64,000 nucleotides of DNA from the human T2T-CHM13v2.0 reference genome, Homo sapiens (GCF_009914755.1 NC_060928.1), one strand, 5' to 3'; shown: positions 13,641 to 31,259, numbered from the stretch's first letter. Notes: generated by a model from the letters alone, not told the origin. Numbers and translations are program-made.

Positions 13641-15309
13641 AGAACAAAAAAAAATTCTTTTATTATTATCAAAACCTTGCATTAGATCCTTTGTAAATAT
13701 TTAAATTAATCTTCCTCCCATCTTAGAATTTGGAAAGCAGGGAAGGGGGTCCCAGGGGAAGAGTAGCCAGTGGACAGTTGAGGAGAGCAAGGGGTATTTA
13801 TAAAGAGATTCTTGATATGTCTTCCTGTATCACAGGGCGTGCTAAACTTTCTTTTTCAAGGGCGGATGTGTGTGTGTTTACAGCATACTCAAAGTAATGT
13901 TTACCCTTGAAGCACATTATTTATTGATATATTTACATTTATTGAACATGGAAATTCTCTAAGAGGAAAATAAATAACTTAGGTACTTGACTTTCATGAA
14001 ATTTATTTTCTTTATTTACTTAGTAATCCTATTAGTTCCTGTTTTGTTTGAGATTCTATAGTATTGTTTCATTTAGCCAAATATTTCAAGACAACTTTTT
14101 GGCAGAAGAACTTTTCATTTATTTGCATTTCTTTCACAATTTTATTTTCTAATCCATTTAAACTATCACAAATTAATATAGAAAAATATATTATTGAGGC
14201 AAACAAGTTTTTGTGAAATAAATTGAAACCCAAAAGGATGAAGAATGTCATTGACATAAAAGTGTAATTGTTCTTCAATGTAACCTTACAAGTATAGATA
14301 TAATATATCATAATTGAAAAAGAAGGAAGAGGGAAAACTAACATCCAAACCACTTGAATGAAGTAAGTTTTTACACAGCAAAAATATATACGACTTTTAT
14401 TTGTCAAGTATACTTTAATAATGCTGGGGGTGGGTGGAATTAATTAGCAGTAAGTTGGGGGGAAAAGTAGATTACGTGGTGGCCATTGTAGTAGTTGAGA
14501 GCCCTTCATAAATGATTGTTAACATCGTTCTAGTTGCAAATATTATCTGAATATGAAATTCATGCTACCGTCATTCTGAATACTTTTATTCTTGAGTTTA
14601 TTTTATTAAGACATTAATATTGTTTTCATGATCATCATCATAAGTGTGACCATCTCCCCTCTATTCTACCTAGCACTATTTTTCTTCTAGGAAGTGCATG
14701 TGGTGTTTCAGCATATTTTACATTACTTTGGTTACAATTAAGTGAAATTTTATGTCATAAATTTATATAGTTTAGAAGCTTAGTTTATAAGATCTTGCTA
14801 TGGCTTTCTATTTCTGGGAATGATGTTTCTGACAAAAATGTGTGATAGAATGCATGATAGTTATCCATTTCATTCCCTATGGCTCTTAGTGTAAAGTCCA
14901 AATCTCTTCACATGTTTTATAAAAGCCAGTAAGATCTGGTACCTGCTTTTTACTCATGCATAGTTTTTCTCCCTCATATTTCATATTTTGCCCTCCAGTT
15001 TTACTAAATTTTAGTTTGTTCCCTGAAAATGACTCTGGTTCTTGCTTGCAGGCCTCAGAGCGCACTTTTCTATCAGCCACAGTACTTTCTTCTATGCCCA
15101 GCCTTCCCCTTCCCATCTTTTGCTTGGCACCTAAGCATTTTTCATGTCTCAATTGGTCCCCTGTGCATCCTTTAGGTTTCACTTTCTCTGGAGAGGCTTA
15201 TGAATAGCCCCCAAATACAATGGGTGGACCTCAACTCTATATCCAAAGAATTTTGTGCTTCTATTTTCATTTCCCATGAAAATATACAAAATACTTCATT
15301 AAAAAATAT

Positions 15310-15312
<3 letters not shown>

Positions 15313-15381
<69 letters not shown>
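15313..15381. repeat. (TC)n(TA)n compound microsatellite
   Basis: About 22 TC units followed by about 12 TA units. Confidence 0.95.
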
Positions 15382-15463
15382 GTAATTACCTGTATTCTTG
15401 TCTCTTATCCCCACTAGACCCTAAGCCTTGTAAGGACAGTCTTTGTCTATCTTATTTTCCCTT

Positions 15464-15870
15464 TGTCTTAGTCTGTTCATGCTGCTGTGACAAAATATCT
15501 GAAGACTGGGTAACTTTTAAAGAGCAGACATTGATTTTCTCATAGCTCCAGAGGCTGGAAGTGCAGGACCAAAGTGCTGGCAGGTTTGGTTGTCTGCTGA
15601 GGGCTATTCTCTGTTTTCAAAGTGGCACCTTGATGTTGCATCCTCTGGAGGGAAGGAAATCTGTGTCCCCACATGGAGAAAGGCAGAAGGGAAAGGGAGC
15701 TGGACTCAGCATTAAAGCTCTTTTATAAAGACCTTAGCCCCATTCACAAGGGAGGAGAGCTCATGGCTTAATTGCTTCTTAAAGGCCCCACGACTTAATA
15801 TTAATACTATCACATTGGCCATTAAGTTTCAACACCTGAATTTTGTAGGGGACACATTGAAATCATAGCA
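15464..15870 (-). mobile_element. MaLR solo LTR (MLT1A/MSTD-like)
   Basis: tgtcttagtctgttcatgctgct...ggggacacattgaaatcatagca; TG..CA ends; 5-bp TSD ccctt/ccatt. Confidence 0.85.
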
Positions 15871-16060
15871 CCATTGTATCCTCAGCATTTAAGCATAGTG
15901 GAGGTACATGTTAGTTGATGATTGTTGAATGAATCAATTGATGATTTTCTTTTTTATGGTTAAACTAATGTGGTATATACTAGACTCATATTCCAACACA
16001 AACATTCATAAAGATTAAAATATAAAAATATTAGATTGTAGAAATATGATATAAATTTGA

Positions 16061-16410
<350 letters not shown>

Positions 16411-16610
16411 CACAATTAAGCTTTTCAAAGCTTTTTGCGTACTAGTCTTGTAGAAATTATTTAACAGCTCTGATTTATTGATAATATCAAGGTGTATTGT
16501 AAGGTTAATTCTTTATTCTTAATATTGAGATAATGACCTATGCTCTTAAGTTTGTATTTAACTTAAAGAGTAATCTCTGAACCAGAGTGTTAGCTCTTAA
16601 CAATTCATAA

Positions 16611-16921
<311 letters not shown>

Positions 16922-17732
16922 AACACTTTTTTTCAAATATAACTTTAATTAAATATTGGTGGTGTGCTAATGGTTTTTAATAAAGTGTTAATTGAATTGT
17001 GCTTCTCATCACAAAATATTTGTAAACTTCAAAGGTTCTTATGAAACTCATAGTAACTTTAAGAAGAAAGAAGTAAAAGCAGAAAAATTGATAAATTACT
17101 TAATATTATTTCCTGTTACATGCATTTTCTGGTTCTTGTTTTTAATAATTAGATACATATTATGGCTTTAATGCATTAGAACTATTAATCAGGTATCTCA
17201 AGGTGATCACGCCTGTGTCTTGCTAGTCATGCACTGCCCACAAGTGCTCAATAATATTTACTAACTTTACCAGGTTAACTACAAATGTGGGAAATAGTTA
17301 ACTCATTCATTTTAATTGGTTATAAATAATCTTATTTTACTTTGTTATCTCAATATCTTTACTTGACGCTTACTCTGCACATTTATTAATTGAATACTCT
17401 ATTAAAGAGAAAGTTATTGTACAGTGCAGAGTTGGATTTGCAGACAGGAGTTCAACTACTTATTAATTCATTTAAACCTTCTGAAATGCATTTTCTCATG
17501 TGTAAAATGATTTCAAAGTGCAATGAAAAAAGACTGTCTCAAGGAGATACTGTTTACTCACCAACTTATCAAATAGAATAACATAATTTAAAGCATTCTA
17601 AAACCAAAGAACTCTAGACGTACTAGGTATTATTACCAAAATTTGTATTTCTTTTCTACATATCACAATGTTCAACACAGAATTAGGGGTAAAAGCAGAA
17701 AATTGGAGAGAACACCATATAAATAATAAAGG

Positions 17733-18048
17733 AACTGGGTGCTGTGGCTCACACCTATAATCCCAGCACTTTGGTAGGCAGAAGTGGGAGGATTATTGAG
17801 CCCAGGAGTTTGAGACCAGCCTGGGCAACATAGAAAGACTCTGCCTTTACAAAAAAAACACGAATGAATTTGCTGGGCATGGTGGTATATGCATGTTGTC
17901 CTAGCTACTTGGACAGCTGAGGTGGGAAGATGGCTTGAGCCTAGGAGGTCGAAGCCTCAGGGAGCCATGGTTTTACCACTGCACTCCAGTCCAGCCTCGG
18001 CAACAGGGCAAAGCCCTGTCTCAAAAGAAAAAAAGAAAAAGAAGAAAT
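17733..18048 (+). mobile_element. AluJ
   Basis: ttgagcccaggagtttgagacc; ggcttgagcctaggaggtcgaag; degenerate A tail. Confidence 0.9.
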
Positions 18049-20083
18049 GTTCAAATAAATGATGTTACACCCAAAATATGTGATAATATGTGATTCAATT
18101 TACCTTTAAATACCGAAAATATTTCATGAAATTAAAAACACTATCATAACAATTGAGGAGTATCAATTATATATGAGTACATCTGGATGCCTACATTGTT
18201 CCTCAGGTTTTGTGCATGAAGGACAGCTCATATATGAGATTATATTGCTATTATATTGCTACATACCAGCCAGCTAAATGCAATCCCCCGAGGACAGGAG
18301 CTAAAGTATAACGGAGAATATCCAAATTTTAAGGAAGTCTTTAAATGCATGCCAGTGTGTAAGGGAACTTATCTTTCTGTAAGTGAATGCTGTTTTACTT
18401 TTCTTAGCCCAGTAGCTAACAGATTTGACTTCTCATCATACCTCGTTTTTAAGGGAGATATCTGAGAAGTAAAATGTAATGCTGTTTATGCTACTGATCT
18501 TTTTAGCACCCAGGAGAGTAAGGAGGGCAGCACCTTCAAGTTAGTGAAGATGAGAAGAGAGCCAACTCTTAATGAAATATTTTCTTGAATCTGGCAGTAA
18601 CACGAAGGATCTAAAAACTGATAAACACTTCGGTTACATCAAGGACTTTTATATTCCCTTCTTTATTATGCCAGATGTGAGCTGCCAACTTAACTAATTA
18701 CCATGTTCTCAGTGGGAAGTTTGCTGTAATGCATTTTTTGCTCAAAAATATGTTAAACATAAAATTCATTTTTTTTTCATTTGGGGTCTTCATTTTCAAA
18801 AAAGGGAAATAATATATAAAGCTTTGAAAAGAAAACTACATAGTAGCATTTACATAGGAACGTTTCTTGATAAAATACAGATATACGACCCAGGAACAAG
18901 CCTGGCAAAAAATTTTTCCTGAGGGTTTTCAAGTTAGAAAACCCAGTAGTAGAATAAAATTATCCAAAGACACATGTTTTGGCAAACGGTAACTTACTTC
19001 TCTTTTATATTCTGTTAGAAAATATTCAGTTGCTTTTGTTGGTATTTAATATTTTGAGAATATCTAAATATAATAAAAAGATCCGCTTTCTTCATTTGCA
19101 AATGAGAACGTAAAGTTCATTATTTTGACCAGCAGTTTTTGCTATTTGTGATTAAATTCCTATAAGAACTTGTTTGATATGAGATTGTGCTCTTCTCAAA
19201 TAACTCTTTAATTTTAATTTTACACCTTTGCAAGTGTCAGAATGATTTGAATATGAGAGAAAAGATAAAGGACACACAGAATAACTGTGTGTAAATGATG
19301 TGCCTTTATTATTGTTAAATACTAAATAGTAACTATTGTTTAAAGAAAATTAGTAGTCTTTGAATTCACAAATTGGAGACCTATTTACACTTCATTTGAT
19401 AATAATTGCTAGCATAAGAAAGACATTATGTTCAATACATATCAATATACATAATTAAGAAGGAAATGATTTATATTCAAGGTCATGAACATCATACATC
19501 TTAGATTTCATAATAAAGACCACCAGTAACACAGCATTTTACTAGACACAGGAAGTTATTTTGCGTTACACTAAAATTTAAATATTCAAATTTATTTCCT
19601 AATATTTTACCAATTGGCATCCATAATGTAGACAGTTCAAGTTGTTATTAAATGCACACATGCAGTTAAATATAAATAAGGTATAAACAACAAAAATCTC
19701 CATCTACTATGTCAGGATGTTAAACCTTTCTTATGGAGGAAAAAAAAGTGTTTTGCTACACTTTGAGCTACTCATCTGGAAAATCAGGCTTATCCATTAG
19801 GCCCATGGATCACCATTGAATTACTCATCTGAATGTAGCCAAAAACTCATACTGGGAAAACAGTTTAAGAAGCTAATTAAACTGATAGAAAGAAAACTTT
19901 AATTTTAAAGAAATATAGAAAGCAGATGATTATTTATAATTTCAATTAAACTTCCTAGGCTCATATATGAAGAATAAAGTATTAAACAAGGAGAACAAGA
20001 CCAATGCAAATATGAATTGTGGACATCAGGTCTTAGGATATATATACTAAAATACCTAGGCTTATTCAGTCAAAAAAATGTAA

Positions 20084-20494
20084 CAGTTGACCCTTGGACA
20101 GTGTGGAGTGGCCGAACGCTTGTGCAGTCAAAAATCCACAGATAACTTTTGGCTCCACAAAAACTTTAACTACTTACAGCCTATTGTTGACTGGAAGACT
20201 TACTGATAACATAAACAATTGATTAACATATATTTTGTATGTTATATATATTATATACTGTATACTGTATTTTCACAATAAAGTAAGCTAGAGAAAAGAA
20301 AATATTATGAAAATAATAAGGAAGAGAAATATATTTATTCATTACGTGGAAGTGGATCATCATAAAGGTTTTCTTGTGGTTTATAGGCTGAGGAAGAGGA
20401 AGAAGAGGAGGGTTTGGTCTTGCTGTCTCAGGGGTGGCAGAGACATATAAGTGGACTTGCTCAATTCAAACTTACACTGTTCAAGGAACAACTG
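20084..20494 (-). mobile_element. Tigger2a (MER28)-like non-autonomous TcMar element
   Basis: Terminal inverted repeats cagttgacccttggaca / tgttcaaggaacaactg, followed by TA; about 410 bp. Confidence 0.85.
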
Positions 20495-21664
20495 TATATC
20501 TATATGTGTATATATATATATATATGGACATATAAATGTATATACATTTAAGAATTTCAGTGAATTAATCAGAAGAGACTCCCTTCTTTATTAGCAAACA
20601 TAAATAAAAATAGATACAGGTACCAACATTCAATAACAACTTGTTTTTTTGATATATAATTTATTTATATCTACTTATTGAAAAGTATGCAATATATGCT
20701 CTGTTTATTTTCTTTCTTCTCTCACTATATTAATTGTATCCCTTCCCACCCCCTTGAAATAATCTAGATTTATAACTTCCAGTGTTTCATAGAGATATAC
20801 TAAAAGTTTTATGAGATTATTCTGGAGTTACCATCTGTAATTTTCAAAAGTAAACTAAAATTGCTCAGCGGATAATACCTGTATTCCATTTGGAATATCA
20901 TTATTTGCGCATAGTTGCTTATTAATCATTATCTTGGAATCAGAATAATTGATCGATACAGCAAAGATTTTTGTAAATATCAGCAGTCTTTGGAGAATGG
21001 AGAGTTAGGAAATTTGAAGATTCCAAATAAGTCATATTAACAGATGATTATGTTCCTACTAATAATTGTATTACTAGTAGAACAAATTGGCCTCATTCAT
21101 CTTTATTTTTGTTAGCTGTTTAGGAGCATTAGACTGGTGGGTACACTTTTGTCTTTACTAGTACTAACTAGCAAAAGGCTGTTTTCAATCTTTTTAAATA
21201 AATATCTATTTTAGTGAATACTGTAGGTATATATATCATCAGAAGCAACTACTTTGCAATAAATACCACTACTGACTTTGTAGACATTTTCTTAAGGCAT
21301 TGTACCTCAGTTTGAACAATAGAATTTCATTTAATACAAAATGTTTATCATTATTTCCCTTCTTGGAAGGACAGTCTAGCAAACTCTGAAGGTGTTTCTC
21401 AGTAAGGACTTCTACGAATGTGGCAAGATTGTTAACATGATATCACTTGGCAAAGTTTCTCATATTACATGTGGACATTTTAAACGTATTTAGTACCATA
21501 GCCTTAATGTGTTTTTATTGTATAAACAAGTTGTATTTTGATTCAGATATACTTAGTTTTTAAAAAGTAGATGTTGAAATACTTTTAGTTTGGTAAATAT
21601 TTCTTTTCAAGAATAATTCCAATTGTGATCCTCTTCCATATTACAATGGTAATATAGGGTTTAT

Positions 21665-21710
21665 TTGCTGCTAGGTAACAGATAAAATTGCTGTTAGGTA
21701 ACAAATAAAA
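21665..21710. repeat. 23-bp tandem duplication
   Basis: ttgctgctaggtaacagataaaa / ttgctgttaggtaacaaataaaa (2 mismatches). Confidence 0.9.
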
Positions 21711-22239
21711 TATGCAACTAAGAAGGTTTGTAACTTCTGTTTTATTTCTATCACTGGTATGTGCTTGAATTAATGAAAAGCGTCTGAGACTACTGATTAT
21801 TTCAGGAAAAAATTTGCCAGCAATTCAGAGTAGTTGCTACTACATGGTAGCAGTGTGTTTCTTTCTCTAGCATAGCTGGGTTGCAATTAAAAAGAAAACA
21901 GACATTTGGAAATATTCTTTATAAAAACAATTATTCTTGAAACTTGAATTTCAGTGAACACATTATAAACTAAATAAAATTAACATATAGAAATAATTGT
22001 AAAAACATTTTATGTTTCAAAATCATTGTAAAAATGTTTTCTCTTTTAAATATGAGGTTTACTCTTTAATTCTTCAAAAATTCCAGTAAATCGCCTCACT
22101 TTTGGTCTCATCTGCTTGCTACCTAACCTATATTGGTTCATTGGTCCTTTCAGTGATACTTGTTTTTGTATTCTAGACTATAGATAAGTCCATAGACTTC
22201 TGTCATCTTTCCCTCTAGCTAATGACAGCAGCACTATCA

Positions 22240-22755
22240 TCATAAATATTATAGGAGCTTCTGGTAACTGAGTACCTACTGCATACCTGGAACTGTGATA
22301 GGTGTTTCAAAGATAATCAGTATCTTTGTCTGAAAGGTAGGTAGTATTACCCTTGTATAACTTAAATTGCAGAAGAATTGGCTAAATAAAATAAATGATG
22401 AAAATAGCTGTAAGACAAGAAATGTGGGAATGAGTATATTTTTTAGGGAAGGGGGACACCTGCCTTTTAGGTACAATGATTGTTTTTAAGTGAGCTAAGC
22501 ATGAACAGATTTCAGGTTTTCAAGAGAATCTGAATCTGTGAATTATGATGTGAAATAGCCTTAGAGTTGAGATGGCCAATTGAATTATCTTTCTAACTAC
22601 ATGGTGGGTGAAGCAAAAACAAATGTAGACAAGGTCTGCTGTAAGCAATTTTATAGGCTACTTGGTGTCACACAGGTACTAAGTGATAAAGCAGGATCCC
22701 AGCCCAGATCTGCCAGGGTCCATTGCACTCCTTTTCCTCTAATCCACACTGCTTT
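22240..22755 (-). mobile_element. MIR fragments, antisense
   Basis: ggaactgtgataggtg...aggtaggtagtattaccc and gtcacacag...taagtgataaagcaggatcccagcccagatctg. Confidence 0.5.
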
Positions 22756-23111
22756 GTGAGCTACAGGCCTGTATAAATGCCACTATCTGATTTGTATATT
22801 CTATTTCTAGGCAGTTGAACATTTTGAGGCAAAATCATGAAATTAAATTGAGTGTTGTCCAAATTTAGCTGCCCCCCTTTTATTAATTGCTCCCTACTTT
22901 TTTTATAGGTTCTAATTCCTGAGATAGTAAATGGCACATAGGAAATTTCTTAGGAGTAATTTGGGGATCACCATCTGTGGTGTAGAAGGGGAAAAGGCAG
23001 GATTAAGCAGAGGGAGAAGTTGAGCTGCAAAGCACATCCAACAAAGGCCTTCAGCAGACCCCATGGGGAGCTCTAGGACAACCCAAGGTAAGGTGGGGGA
23101 CTTGGCCTTTA

Positions 23112-23646
<535 letters not shown>

Positions 23647-25560
23647 AAAAGGACTGACAGCTGAAGCTTTTCTAGCAGCAGCACTCTCTTTCACAGTTAC
23701 GATAATAGCCTGCAATAACTTATCCTGGCATAAAAAGAAGTTGCATATCATATAATTGGTGATTTTCTTGACCTTCATTCTCAAACAGAGGCTAGTTATA
23801 TTTTATATCTTCTGTGGGAGAGAGGAGAGGAAATCAGAGGGGAAATAATAGGCTATCCTCTTTCGGAAAACCAAGCGGCCAAGGGGGTATCCCTTGGTGC
23901 ACTTTTAGAGAATATCCAAATATTCTCTAAGCCCAAAGCTCTAAACATCCTAGATCAGATTAAGGAAATGTAGAACCAAAAATCAGAAATTTCTGGAACT
24001 GTAGCCACTCTTTTGAAAGTGCCAGGCAGACACAGGACTCAGAATTGTCCTGTCAATACTCAGTCTGGACTGTATAATTTTACCGGTTGGCTCCAAAATG
24101 CCCAGTCCAGAAAGGGATAAACCTTGATGGGCTGCCTGCAAAATGTATTAATGTTTTTATATTGTTTTCCAGGAATTTTTATTCATGTTTTACTACCCAT
24201 TATAAAGACAATGTGGTTGGTCTTCATCAGTGTCATGTTCAGGGGCCCTTAATAGCACTTTGTTGGGATTTTAATCTGTTAATTAAATTAATAATTAAAA
24301 ATTACTCATCTATTATTCATACTCCTTATTATATTAAGTGCCTTTCTCATATAATGTTAAGTTGTTTAACACCTTTACTTTGAGCAACACTAATAATAAT
24401 ATTCTAAATTGTTGGCTACTTTTTCAAAATACCTGATACTCTTTTCATGGAGTAGTTTTTTAAAAATAGCTTGTTTAGATAAAGACTGAAAATGTTGCTA
24501 ATCTGGTTTAATTCTGGATGTTTGAAATTATTTCCAGTTGTTTAAAAAGCTTTATGAAAAATAAAACAAAGCTTCCCTCAAATCATCTGGCAGGTGACTT
24601 TACAAGTAACCAGGAATTGGTCAGTTTTCAATATCATTTAATCATAATACGTTAATTGAGTTATTGCTAATATATTCTCACAGGGTATTTGTTCTAATTT
24701 ACTACCTTATCACACTGCTATAAAAATAGCAGAAGATGTGTTCCGAAAGCCACTGCCATGGACGTTCATAAGATAATACACAGTTAATCTGTTATGCCTC
24801 ACCTTCATAGATCTGTCCAGAAACAGAAAGCACCTCTCATTTTCCATTGATCCTTTTCTATCTCCTGCCTCAACACCACCAAATATTTTTATTCCACACA
24901 ACTCTGTGGCCTTCCAAAATTATTAATTTAAGAGATTCTAACCAAGACTCTGTCCAAGAATGAAATAGCTTATTTATGGATCCATTCATTGGTTTATGGA
25001 TCCAGGGTGCCCTGGAGAACACCACAAATCTTCGTGACATCCCAAGTGTTAACTTTAATGTTTATATCTTTAATTTAGCTGAAAGATGTGTAAAATCTCA
25101 TATAGTCAAATAGCTCCCTCTTGACTGAACATATAAAATTGGGATTAAAGCATGCTGTTCCAATAGATATCAATCATAACTTATGCTCAATAATTTATTT
25201 TTGAATCTACATTTTAAGATCGCACAATGTTAAGGAGCAATTGATTTTTTTCTCCCATGCGGCTTATTTGTGGCCAAATCCTAGTTGTACAGAGATTGCC
25301 TTGAATATCCAGACTTCCTCTGGGCTTCCCTGTTATATGCAATAGTGTAACCATTAAAATAAGGTCAGTAAGTAACCTCTTGGCATCACAAATAGCAGCA
25401 GGACAGTAGTAAGTATATGTCTGTCTCTACATATAGTATTTTCCTATTTATCCAGCTCATTACATAACTATTTTTACTTTATTATTTCAAAATTGGAAAA
25501 TGATATAACTAATAATAATCACCATACATAGGAAGGGATTTGACTGTAAAGATAAATTTA

Positions 25561-25865
<305 letters not shown>

Positions 25866-26183
25866 GATAAATTCAAAGTCACACTGTGTTTCACATGTAG
25901 CATACTGTGTACTCTCCAGTGTTTCTGCAAAAGCCGTTCTTCAGCATGTTAGTCATTAGTAGACTCTGACACATTCTATATTTGTCACTCATCAGGTTAG
26001 TTTAATATCCACTCTTTCCAATAAACGTCTGATTCTGAATATTCCATATGTAGAGCAGATTAAAAATAAAAGGGAAAACACATAGTGAATCATGTTTTAA
26101 TGTTCTTAACTCCATTAAAAATGCATTATATGCTTCACCTACTTGCAAAAAAATGAGTGAAATTGAAATAAGACACAGATACA

Positions 26184-26547
<364 letters not shown>

Positions 26548-26765
26548 TGAATGGATATTGATAAATTTACTCCAAATCTGAGGCAAAGATAATTTCTTAT
26601 AATATTTAAAGTATACTTGTATTTAGCTTAGTATTATAAAACTAATATTGAATTTCATGCCCTTCTGAATTTCTGTGAAAATTTACCATTTCTAAAAATT
26701 ATTCATAACCCTTGGCATTTTATAATTTTATTTCATTATTTTATTTTATTTTTAATTTCATTTAA

Positions 26766-27065
<300 letters not shown>

Positions 27066-27799
27066 CCAAATTTTATATCTTTTGACCAACGTCTTCTCCC
27101 CCATCCCTCCAACCACTCCTGCCCTTGATAACCACCATTTCCCTTTCTACTTTTATGTCAGCAATTTTTTTCTATCAGTGAGATTATGTGGTATTTATCT
27201 TTCTGTGCCTGACTCATTTCATTTAACTTAGTGTCTTCCAGGTTCATCTATGCTGTCCTACATGACAGGATTTCATTCTTTTTTGAGGGTAGTTACTATT
27301 TTATTGTGTATATATATTACATTTTCTTTATTCATTCATGTATTGATGGACACTTAGATTGATTCCACGTCTGGCTGTTTTGATTACTGCTACAGTAAAC
27401 GTGTGATGCAAATATCTGTTCAACATATTGGTTTCATTTTCTTTGGAATTATACCCAGTAGAGAAATTGCTGGATCATGTGCTAGTTTCATTTTTAATTT
27501 TTTGAGGAGATTCCATACTGTTTTCTATAATGGCTATACTAAGTTACATTCCTACCAACAGTGTGCTAGCGTTGCCTTTTCTCTACATCTTTACCAACTC
27601 CTTTTAGCCTTTGCCATTTTGGTAACAGCCATTCTGACAAGAGTGAGGGATATCTCATTGTGGTTTTGATTTGCCTTTCCCTGATGATTAATGGTGTTGA
27701 GCATTTTCTCACATACCTATTGATTTGTATGTCCTCTTTTGAGAAATATCTAATCATGTATTTTACCTGTGTTTTTATTTTGTAATTTATTTTTTATTA

Positions 27800-28011
27800 A
27801 TTATTTATACTCATTTATTTATTTAAGACAAGATCTTGCTCTGTTGTCCAGGCTGGAGTGCAGTTGTGTAATCACAGCTTATTGTGATTTCATAGAGATG
27901 GGGGTCTCACTATGTTGCTCAGGCTGGTCTTGAACTCTGGGCCTCAAGTGATCCTCCGCCTTGCCCTCCTAAAGTGCTAGGGTTGCAGGCATGAGCCACC
28001 ACACCCAGTCC
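27800..28011 (-). mobile_element. AluJ with internal deletion
   Basis: Jumps from cacagcttattg to tagagatgggggtctcac; roughly 90-100 bp missing. Confidence 0.85.
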
Positions 28012-29528
28012 ATTGTTTAAAATTGAGTTATTTGTCTTCTTATTGAGTTGTTTGAGTTTTGCATATATTCTGGATATTAACCATTTATCAGATATATAGT
28101 TTACAACTATTTTCTTCCATTCTGTATCCTGTCTCTTTGCTCTTTTGATTGTTTCCATTACTGGGCAGAAGTTTTGTCATTTGATTAATTCCATTTGTCT
28201 ATTTTTGCTTTAATTGCCTGTGCTTTTTGAGGTCATATCCAAAGAGCCATTGCCCACTCTAATGTCTTGGAGCTTTCCCTCTATTTTTTCTTCCAGTAGT
28301 TTTATGGCTTCAGGTCTTATATTTAAATATTTAATTCATTTTGAGTTTTTTTTTTTTAATACGGTGTGAGATAAGAGTCTAATTCATTCTTCTTCATGTG
28401 GATACCCAATTTTCCCAAAACTATTCATTGAAGACACTGTTCTTTCCCTCTTGAGTATTCTGGCTCCTTTGTTGAAAATCAGTTTGCTCTAAATGTGTGG
28501 ATGTGTTTTGGGGCTCCCTATTCTGTTCCATTGGACTATGTGTCTTTTAATGCCAGTGCCACACTCTTTCGTAACTTACTATAGCTTTTTAGAATGTTTT
28601 GAAGCCAGGTAGTATAATGTCTCTAACCTCATTCTTTTTGCTCAAGATTGCTTTGGTGATTTGGGGTTTTCTGTGCTCCTATACAAAGTTCAGATTTTTT
28701 TTTTTTTTCTGTGAAGATTGTCATTGGTATATTGATAGGTATTGTGTTAAATCTGTAGGTTACTTTGGGTAGTGTGGATGCTTTAATAATATTAATATTA
28801 ATGCTTTCAATTCATGAACATGTGAGATCTTTTCATTTATGTCTTCAATTTTTTTTCATTAATATTTTAAATTTTAAGTGTACAGATATTTTACCTCTTT
28901 GGTTAATTTTACTCCTGAGTATTTTTTTGTAGGTATTGTAAATGAGATTGTTTTCTTAATTTATTTTCAGATATTTTGCTGTTAGTGCATAAAAATAGTA
29001 CTGATTTTTGTATGTTGATTTTGTATCCTGAAACTTAATGAACTTTTTTATTATTAATAGTTCTAACCATATTGAGTAATGTCTTTAGAGTTTTCTACAT
29101 ATATAATTATGTTTTCTGCACACAGAGAGAACTTAACTTCTTTCTTTCCAATTTAGATGATTTTTATTTCCTTCTCTTGCTTACTTGATCTGGCTAGAGT
29201 TTCCAGTACTATATTGAATGGAAGTAGCGCACCAGGCATCCTGCCTTGTTCTAATGTCAGTGGAAAAGTCTTTAGCTGTTCCCTGTTAATTATGTTAGCT
29301 GTGCGTTTGTCATATATGATTTTTATTATGTTGAGGTACATTCCTTCCGTACCTAACTTGTTGAGAGTTTTTATGGTGAAAATATTTTGAATTTTATCAA
29401 ATGCTTTTTCTGCACTTATTGAAATGATTGTGTGGTTTTTGTCTGTCATTCTGTTAATATGATGTGTCATATTTATTTATTTACATATGTTGAACTATCC
29501 TTTCATCACTAGGATGAATCCCTCTTGA

Positions 29529-29846
<318 letters not shown>

Positions 29847-30181
29847 TAAATTTAGTTTGCTAGTATTTTCTTTAGGATTTTTGCATCTCTGTCCATCAGA
29901 GATATTGGTCTGTAGTTTTATTAATAGTGTCTTTGCCTGGCTTTGGTATTAGAGTGAGACTGGCTTTTTATTATAGGTTTGGAAATATTCTTTCCTCTTC
30001 TGTTTTTTGGATGAGTTTAAGAAGAATTGGTATTTAATTATTCTTTAAATGTTTAATATGATTAAGCAGTTAGTAACTTGATCTCCTCTGTAAATTAAAA
30101 AAAAAAAAGTAGCTAAGCCATCAGTTCCTGGGCTTTTCTGTGATGGGATAGTTTTCATCACTGATTTGATCTCCTTACTAG

Positions 30182-30585
<404 letters not shown>

Positions 30586-30943
30586 TTACTTGCATCAATT
30601 GTAACGTCTCCTTTCATTTATTTGAGTCTTCTGTCTTTTCTGTTAGCTTAGCTAAAGGTTTATTGGTTTTGCTTACTTAAAAAAAAAAACAAAAACAAAA
30701 ACAAACAAAAAAACCTCTTGGTTTCCTTTAATTTTTTCTATTGGCTTTCTACTTTCCATTTCATTAGTTTCTGCTTAGATATTTATTATTTTCCTTTTTC
30801 TACTAACTTTGGGCTTAGTCTTTTCTTGTTTTTCTAGTATCCTGATTTTCAACATTTTGTGATCTTTCTCATTTTTTGATGTCGGTGTTTCTTCTATAAA
30901 CTTCCCCTTTTGAACTGCTGTTGCTGTTTCCCATAGGTTTTGA

Positions 30944-31259
<316 letters not shown>

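Larger units (their letters stand above)
14860..15934 (+). mobile_element. L2 3' region, interrupted by a microsatellite and a MaLR LTR
   Basis: taaagtccaaatctctt...ccccactagaccctaagcc...ttgtatcctcagcatttaagcatagt...ttgttgaatgaat. Confidence 0.7.

Noticed and set aside
24710-24930. Minus-strand open frame ending at AAG|gtgagg as a coding exon
   Set aside because: The acceptor is weak, the peptide is unrecognisable and there are no partner exons.
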